From Azolla caroliniana (Eukaryota; Plantae; Polypodiophyta): 64,000 nucleotides of DNA. The DNA is taken from positions 1 to 64,000 of the forward strand of contig JBHGNT010000057.1 of assembly GCA_043228905.1 (NCBI GenBank). Reading direction: 5' to 3'. The notes beneath the pieces were generated by a model, which saw only the letters and a program-made list of their open reading frames with translations, ran no database searches and was not told the DNA's origin. Below, one piece after another: positions 57,301-64,000 of the stretch (positions are counted from its first letter, which is position 1; every line of letters starts with the position of its first letter). The position numbers and the translations under genes were made by a program.

Positions 57301-60300
57301 GTTAGCTTCGATTCGCATGTTTGAACACAAAAATCCGATATCACACTCGCCAGGTATGAACATTTTAATTTACCTACTAGCTCTTCTCAAGTCCCTCCTC
57401 AAATTATGTAATTTCGTCATGTCTCTCGACCTGAGCTTCAAAATCTTGATTTTTTAATTCCATATCATAGCTAGCGTTGTTGGCTTCGATTCGCAAGTTT
57501 GAACACAAAAATCCGATATCACACGAGCCAGGTATGAACATATTTTAATTTACTCAAGGGCTCCTTTGAACTCCCTCCTCAAATTTGGTAATTTCGTCAT
57601 GTCTCTCGACCTGAGTTTCAAAATCTTCATTTTTTAATTCCATATCATAGCTAGCGTTGTTAGCTTCGATTCGCATGTTTGAACACAAAAATCCGATATC
57701 ACACTCGCCAGGTATGAACATTTTAATTTACCTACTAGCTCTTCTCAAGTCCCTCCTCAAATTATGTAATTTCGTCATGTCTCTCGACCTGAGCTTCAAA
57801 ATCTTGATTTTTTAATTCCATATCATAGCTAGCGTTGTTAGCTTCGATTCGCAAGTTTGAACACAAAAATCCGATATCACACGAGCCAGGTATGAACATA
57901 TTTTAATTTACTCAAGGGCTCCTTTGAACTCCCTCCTCAAATGTGGTAATTTCGTCATGTCTCTCGACCTGAGTTTCAAAATCTTGATTTTTTAATTCCA
58001 TATCATAGCTAGCGTTGTTGGCTTCGATTCGCATGTTTGAATACAAAAATCCGATATCACACGAGCCAGGTATGAACATTTTAATTTACTCAAGGGCTCC
58101 TCTCAACTCCCTCCTCAAATTTGGTAATTTCGTCATGTATCTCGACCTGAGTTTCAAAATCTTCATTTTTTAATTCCATATCATAGCTAGCGTTGTTAGC
58201 TTCGATTCGCATGTTTGAACACAAAAATCCGATATCACACTCGCCAGGTATGAACATTTTAATTTACCTACTAGCTCTTCTCAAGTCCCTCCTCAAATTA
58301 TGTAATTTCGTCATGTCTCTCGACCTGAGCTTCAAAATCTTGATTTTTTAATTCCATATCATAGCTAGCGTTGTTAGCTTCGATTCGCAAGTTTGAACAC
58401 AAAAATCCGATATCACACTCGCCAGGTATGAACATTTTAATTTACCTACTAGCTCTTCTCAAGTCCCTCCTCAAATTATGTAATTTCGTCATGTCTCTCG
58501 ACCTGAGCTTCAAAATCTTGATTTTTTAATTCCATATCATAGCTAGCGTTGTTGGCTTCGATTCGCAAGTTTGAACACAAAAATCCGATATCACACGAGC
58601 CAGGTATGAACATATTTTAATTTACTCAAGGGCTCCTCTCAACTCCCTGCTCAAATTTGGTAATTTCGTCATGTCTCTCGACCTGAGTTTCAAAATCTTG
58701 ATTTTTTAATTCCATATCATAGCTAGCGTTGTTAGCTTCGATTCGCATGTTTGAACACAAAAATCCGATATCACACGAGCCAGGTATGAACATATTTTAA
58801 TTTACTCAAGGGCTCCTCTCAACTCCCTCCTCAAATTTGGTAATTTCGTCATGTCTCTCGACCTGAGTTTCAAAATCTTGATTTTTTAATTCCATATCAT
58901 AGCTAGCGTTGTTAGCTTCGATTCGCATGTTTGAATACAAAAATCCGATATCACACGAGCCAGGTATGAACATATTTTAATTTACTCAAGGGCTCCTTTG
59001 AACTCCCTCCTCAAATGTGGTAATTTCGTCATGTCTCTCGACCTGAGTTTCAAAATCTTGATTTTTTAATTCCATATCATAGCTAGCGTTGTTAGCTTCG
59101 ATTCGCATGTTTGAACACAAAAATCCGATATCACACGAGCCAGGTATGAACATTTTAATTTACTCAAGGGGTCCTTTGAACTCCCTCCTCAAATGTGGTA
59201 ATTTCGTCATGTCTCTCGACCTGAGTTTCAAAATCTTGATTTTTTAAGTCCATATCATAGCTAGCGTTGTTAGCTTCGATTCGCAAGTTTGAACACAAAA
59301 ATCCGATATCACACGAGCCAGGTATGAACATTTTAATTTACCTACTAGCTCTTCTCAACTCATTCCTCAAATTTGGTAATTTCGTCATGTCTCTCGACCT
59401 GAGTTTTAAAATCTTGATTTTTTAAGTCCATATGATAGCTAGCGTTGTTAGCTTCGATTCGCATGTTTGAACACAAAAATCCGATATCACACTCGCCAGG
59501 TATGAACATTTTAATTTACTCAAGGGTTCCTCCCAACTCCCTCCTCAAATTTGGTAATTTCGTCATGTCTCTCGACCTGAGTTTCAAAATCTTGATTTTT
59601 TAATTCCATATCATAGCTAGCGTTGTTAGCTTCGATTCGCATGTTTGAATACAAAAATCCGATATCACACGAGCCAGGTATGAACATTTTAATTTACTCA
59701 AGGGCTCCTTTGAACTCCCTCCTCAAATGTGGTAATTTCGTCATGTATCTCGACCTGAGTTTCAAAATCTTGATTTTTTAATTCCATATCATAGCTAGCG
59801 TTGTTGGCTTCGATTCGCATGTTTGAATACAAAAATCCGATATCACACGAGCCAGGTATGAACATTTTAATTTACTCAAGGGCTCCTTTGAACTCCCTCC
59901 TCAAATTTGGTAATTTCGTCATGTATCTCGACCTGAGTTTCAAAATCTTCATTTTTTAATTCCATATCATAGCTAGCGTTGTTAGCTTCGATTCGCATGT
60001 TTGAACACAAAAATCCGATATCACACTCGCCAGGTATGAACATTTTAATTTACCTACTAGCTCTTCTCAAGTCCCTCCTCAAATTATGTAATTTCGTCAT
60101 GTCTCTCGACCTGAGCTTCAAAATCTTGATTTTTTAATTCCATATCATAGCTAGCGTTGTTAGCTTCGATTCGCAAGTTTGAACACAAAAATCCGATATC
60201 ACACGAGCCAGGTATGAACATATTTTAATTTACTCAAGGGCTCCTTTGAACTCCCTCCTCAAATGTGGTAATTTCGTCATGTCTCTCGACCTGAGTTTCA

Positions 60301-60858
60301 AAATCTTGATTTTTTAATTCCATATGATAGCTAGCGTTGTTAGCTTCGATTCGCATGTTTGAACACAAAAATCCGATATCACACGAGCCAGGTATGAACA
60401 TTTTAATTTACTCAAGGTCTCCTCTCAACTCCCTGCTCAAATTTGGTAATTTCGTCCTGTCTCTCGACTTGAGCTTCAAAATCTTGATTTTTTAATTCCA
60501 TATCATAGCTAGCGTTGTTAGCTTCGATTCGCATGTTTGAACACAAAAAACCGATATCACACGAGCCAGGTATGAACATATTTTAATTTACTCAAGGGCT
60601 CCTCTCAACTTAGTCCTCAAATTTGGTAATTTCGTCATGTCTCTCGACCTGAGTTTCAAAATCTTGATTTTTTAATTCCATATGATAGCTAGCGTTGTTA
60701 GCTTCGATTCGCATGTTTGAACACAAAAATCCGATATCACACGAGCCAGGTATGAACATTTTAATTTACTCAAGGGTTCCTCTCAACTCCCTCCTCAAAT
60801 TTGGTAATTTCGTCATGTCTCTCGACCTGAGTTTCAAAATCTTGATTTTCCATATTAA

Positions 60859-61225
60859 TAGACTATATAATGTCTTATACGAGGAGTGCGGGCACGATAC
60901 TTCTTTGGCTGTGATTAGTGTTATTTGGTTAACTATTTGAGGATTTAGGGTTTGGGTTTGAAGGTTTCGGGTATATGGGTTAACTGAGGTTTTTGGGTTA
61001 AATATCTTAAGGGTTTAGGGTTTTGTTCGGAGGGTTTAGGGCATATGGGTAAAATATCTGAGGGTTTAGGGTTTGGTAGACTATATGATGTATTGCACGA
61101 GGAAAGCGGGCACGATACTTATTTAGGCTACGACTAGTGTTATTAGGTTAACTATTCTTAGGGTTTATGGGTTTGTTCTGAGGGTTTAGGGTATATGGGT
61201 TAAAATATTCTGAGGGTTTAGGGTA
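60859..61225. repeat. Two diverged direct repeats (period 218 bp) with embedded telomeric motifs
   Basis: TAGACTATAT...GCGGGCACGATACTT...TAGTGTTATT..GGTTAACTATT starts at 60859 and at 61077. Each copy is followed by degenerate GGGTTTAGGG / GGGTATATGGGTTAA subunits. Confidence 0.85.
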
Positions 61226-61360
61226 GTGTGTGCAAAAGTAAAGGTATTAAGGATTGGTAGGTTTAGGGTTTTAGTGGTAAGGGGAGATATGTTTGGAGAG
61301 GTATGATGATGAGGGTATGGGTTGGCGAGGATATAATGTGTTAGGGTTATTAGTTTAGGG
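60944..61360 (+). repeat. Interspersed telomeric TTTAGGG motifs, opposite in orientation to the terminal telomere
   Basis: Exact TTTAGGG at 60944, 61014, 61035, 61065, 61185, 61217, 61262 and 61354, plus many degenerate copies. Confidence 0.88.
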
Positions 61361-61525
61361 TTGCGGGTATTGGGTAGGTTAAAGATTAAGGGAAAGAGGG
61401 GGGAGTGCCACGTTTTACTTAGTGGGAATGAAATAGCATATATATTATTCAAAGCACAACTAACCACAACATAAAAACAATAGACACTTGAGAAGAAAAT
61501 ATATATTGATCAAATATATATTAAT

Positions 61526-61584
61526 ATGACCTATGTAGCAAACTAGTTTCGCTCATATATGGAGCTCATCAGTGCTTAGGTCAT
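61526..61584 (-). ncRNA. Minimal type I hammerhead ribozyme
   Basis: Minus strand reads AUGACCUA-AGCA CUGAUGA GCUC CAUAUAU GAGC GAAA CUAG UU UGCU-ACA-UAGGUCAU. It has an intact core (CUGAUGA, GAAA, UH), stem II GCUC/GAGC, a 12-bp stem I with a 3-nt bulge, and a palindromic minimal stem III. Predicted cleavage between 61541 and 61540. Confidence 0.92.
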
Positions 61585-61925
61585 TTTCGAGTACAAAGGT
61601 AAGTTTATATAGGTTTGTGGTAAGGGGGGTGTAAGATAAGTGGTGGACAAGAGTGATAAATGTGAAAAGAAGTGAGGAGTATGGGAGGGAGTGGTGTAAC
61701 ACGGTGATAAGGGGGCAAGATATGATTTTGTAAAGGGAGGGAGTGGGTATCATGAGTTTGATAGAGATAAGTGGGTAACTAGAGGGTATAATAATGGTGA
61801 TAAGTGGGTGACCGGAGGGTATGATAAGTGAGGGGAGGGGTGTGTATATGTGTGTGATGGTGGCTAGTACGAGGTAAAGATGTGGGTGAAAAACGAGGGG
61901 AATACGAATTTAATAGTTATGGGGA

Positions 61926-62310
61926 ATGAGGAGAGAGAGAGAGAGAGATAGAGTGAGAAATTTAACTAATGAGAAGAGAGTGAAAAAAGGTGAGAAAAGA
62001 GAGAGGGAGAGAGAGAGAGAGAGAGAGAGAGAAAAGAAAAAAAAGAAAGAAAGAAAGAAGAGAGACGTAGAGAAAAGAAAAGGTAGAGAGGGAGAAAAAA
62101 GGAAAAGAAAAAAGAGGTGAGTTTTAGAGTGTAGAGAGGGAGAAAAGTAAGGGTAGAGAGAGAGGAAAAAGAAATGATTTAGAGAGGGAGAAAGGTAAAG
62201 GTAGAGAGAGAAAGAGAAGGGGAGGGAAGGAGGAGATAGAGATAGAGAAAGGGAAAGTTAAGAGAGAAGAAATGTGAAGGTAGAGAGGGAGAAGATAGGG
62301 GGAGATCCTC
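61926..62310 (+). repeat. Polypurine / (GA)n low-complexity tract (polypyrimidine in the element's 3' UTR)
   Basis: About 380 bp of mostly A/G on +, including (GA)n runs near 61930 and 62010. Confidence 0.9.
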
Positions 62311-62370
62311 ACGTGGTAAATATAGGGAGATAAAACTTGTGGTTTAAAAAAATAAAAATATGGAGAGGAG

Positions 62371-63999
62371 TTAGTGTGGATCTATAGTAATGTTTTTTGT
62401 GTTGACTAGTGAAGAGTGTAGATTTTTAGATTTAGTCCAACAAATTATTGGTTTGGGGATGTGTTGTAGTAGAGGGTCTTCTTGGAGGTTTAAGTGTAGG
62501 CTAGTAAGGGTTTCTTTTATTCCTAGATTAGGGGCTTGGTGTGTGAATTTTAGTTTAAAGATTATGGGTGTGGGGGTTTGGTTAATGGTTTTGTTTGAGA
62601 GGAGAGTTGGTCTAAGGGAATAGGGGTGTTTTTTGAATATATTGAGGATAAAGTGTGTAGGGTATCCTCGTGCTCGTAGTCTCTTAAAAAATAGTTGTTG
62701 CATTTTTAAATAACCTTGGGCTGTACTTTCTCTAATAATGTATCTTTTAAGTTCGTTCGAGAGGAAGCTTTTTTTGACGTGGATAGGATGTGTCGAGGTG
62801 AAGGGTATGTATTGGTAAGTATTAAGTTCTTTTTGAAAACAATTAAAGTTGAAATTATTATTAGCGAGGTTTATCCAAAGGTCGAGAAAAGGAAGTTTAG
62901 TGAGAGAGGTTTGGATGGTCAGTTTAATGGAGTTTTGAGTGGTAATACTATAGAAATTTAGGTAGTCTAAGAGTTGTGTTTTCGTACCGGTCCATACACC
63001 AAAGGCATCGTCAATATATCTCGTGAAATAAAATAAATGGGGAGATGGGTTGGAATTCTCGAGGTATGACAAAAAAAGGCAAGCATATACTACGGAAAAA
63101 TTGCTTCCCATGGCTGTGCCTTTAATTTGTTGATAGATTTGGTTATTAAATTTAAGGAAGTGATATTCTAAGGTTAAGGCGCTGAGAGTATAGATGAGGT
63201 TGGCTTTTTGTTTTGAGAAATGGGGGGTAATTAGGTGTTTTAGGGCTAGTAGTCCTAGTTTTGGTGGAATACTCGGGTAGAGGGATTCTACGTCAAATGA
63301 AAAGATGAAGCTATTGGGTGGTGTCGTAAGGTTTTCTAGGGATTGTACTAAGGAGAATGAGTCTCTAAGGTATTGTTTTTGTTGTAGGAGTATGGGGAGG
63401 AGTTGGTGGTGTAGCCACTTAGAAGTTTGTTCAAATAACGAACCGTTGTAAGAACAAATAGGCCTATAGCCAATGGGTTCTTTGTGTACTTTGGGTAGGA
63501 AGTACATGGTGGGGACTCGGTATTCGTTGGATGGTTTGTGTAAGATGAATTTTATTTCTATGAGGGAGAGGGTTCCTAGGTGTTGATTCATTAAGGTTTT
63601 TAATCTATGTAGGAGTTCTTCTAAGGGGAAGGTATCTACGGGTTTGTAAGTGGATGTATCGGATAGGTGAGCTAGGGCTTTATCTAGGTATGTTTGTTTG
63701 TTTAAGACACAAACACCTACATTTTTGTCTGCGGGGAGGATGATAATGTGTTTATTGCTTTTAAGGCTTTTTAAGGCTTGTAGTAGGTGTAGTGGAATGT
63801 GTTTAGTGGGTAGGTTTGTATTATGGAGTTTTATGGTGAGGAGATTAAGGTGTTTATGAAGTATGTCTTCTAACGGTGGGTATTGTGTAGGGGGGTTCCA
63901 AGAGGGGTTGGGTAGTTTAAAGGGGTTGTGTGGGGCGGAGGAGTCGTCTTGAAAGAAATGTCTAAGTCTAAGGGATCTACTAAGGTTATGGAATTCTTG
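62371..63999 (-). CDS. Penelope-like element reverse transcriptase (5'-partial, at least 542 aa; no C-terminal GIY-YIG)
   Basis: Manual translation shows the frame is open from 63591 to the window edge: ...FHNLSRSLRLRHFF...PNPSWNPP...IIILPADKNVGVCVLNKQTY (PLE DKG-type motif at 63721-63729). Downstream motifs: YFLPKVHK, YRPICS, FDVESLYPSI, QQIKGTAMGS, RYIDD (YIDD at 63007-63018), PFLDL, YIPFTSTHP, LRARGYP. Stop TAA at 62371. Confidence 0.93.
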   Translation of the reverse strand, partial: QEFHNLSRSLRLRHFFQDDSSAPHNPFKLPNPSWNPPTQYPPLEDILHKHLNLLTIKLHNTNLPTKHIPLHLLQALKSLKSNKHIIILPADKNVGVCVLNKQTYLDKALAHLSDTSTYKPVDTFPLEELLHRLKTLMNQHLGTLSLIEIKFILHKPSNEYRVPTMYFLPKVHKEPIGYRPICSYNGSLFEQTSKWLHHQLLPILLQQKQYLRDSFSLVQSLENLTTPPNSFIFSFDVESLYPSIPPKLGLLALKHLITPHFSKQKANLIYTLSALTLEYHFLKFNNQIYQQIKGTAMGSNFSVVYACLFLSYLENSNPSPHLFYFTRYIDDAFGVWTGTKTQLLDYLNFYSITTQNSIKLTIQTSLTKLPFLDLWINLANNNFNFNCFQKELNTYQYIPFTSTHPIHVKKSFLSNELKRYIIRESTAQGYLKMQQLFFKRLRARGYPTHFILNIFKKHPYSLRPTLLSNKTINQTPTPIIFKLKFTHQAPNLGIKETLTSLHLNLQEDPLLQHIPKPIICWTKSKNLHSSLVNTKNITIDPH

Positions 64000-64000
64000 A

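Larger units (their letters stand above)
3622..60855. repeat. Tandem satellite array, 178-bp monomer (180-bp variant), about 320 copies, candidate centromeric or subtelomeric satellite
   Basis: AAAATCCGATATCACAC recurs every 178 or 180 bp (AT insertion: GAACATTTT vs GAACATATTTT). Single orientation, high identity, no insertions noticed. Centromeric role is inferred from monomer size and higher-order structure only. Confidence 0.97.
60856..64000 (-). mobile_element. Penelope-like retroelement, 3' portion; apparently endonuclease-deficient, telomere-associated (Coprina/Athena-type architecture)
   Basis: PLE-type RT ORF, a 1.5 kb downstream region with a hammerhead ribozyme, and C-rich telomeric repeats on the sense strand. 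The 5' end lies outside the window. Assigning 60856-61520 to the element is inferred. Confidence 0.85.

Noticed and set aside
3622-60855. CRISPR-like array, or identity with Arabidopsis CEN178
   Set aside because: There are no unique spacers or cas genes. Only the monomer length resembles CEN178; I do not recognise the sequence as that family.
46055-60940. 67-81 aa ORFs within the satellite
   Set aside because: They start at TTG and arise where a TAA>TCA variant, or the array end, removes a stop. The 178-bp period breaks frame and there is no recognisable domain.
61186-62312. Short ORFs at 61186-61467, 61553-61753, 61926-62120 and 62124-62312
   Set aside because: Low-complexity translations of strand-biased or GA-rich UTR sequence.
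62390-62961. Plus-strand ORFs of 77 and 81 aa
   Set aside because: Antisense shadows of the RT ORF.
62371-63999. Telomerase TERT, LINE or group II intron RT assignment; Met at 63591 as the true start
   Set aside because: The DKN, LPKVHK, GTAMGS, STHP and RGYP motifs are PLE-type. The frame with conserved motifs continues upstream of 63591.

Overview
Eukaryotic chromosome end with three parts. (1) 1-3624: about 3.6 kb of plant-type telomere (CCCTAAA)n, with a probable library-adapter remnant at 548-560. (2) 3622-60855: a 57 kb head-to-tail array of about 320 monomers of a 178/180-bp satellite, fused directly to the telomere, with 14-, 6-, 11-, 10- and 25-monomer higher-order repeats or duplications. 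Each monomer holds a weak 119-bp dyad. (3) 60856-64000: the 3' part of a minus-strand Penelope-like retroelement (PLE). Its RT ORF stays open past the window edge and has no C-terminal GIY-YIG endonuclease. The long 3' region carries a minimal type I hammerhead ribozyme (61526-61584) and several telomerase-template-like CCCUAAACCCU blocks in diverged repeats. The element is oriented as if capping a right-hand end, so the satellite block may be healed on both sides: by telomerase on the left and by a telomeric retroelement on the right. The host cannot be identified from this window.
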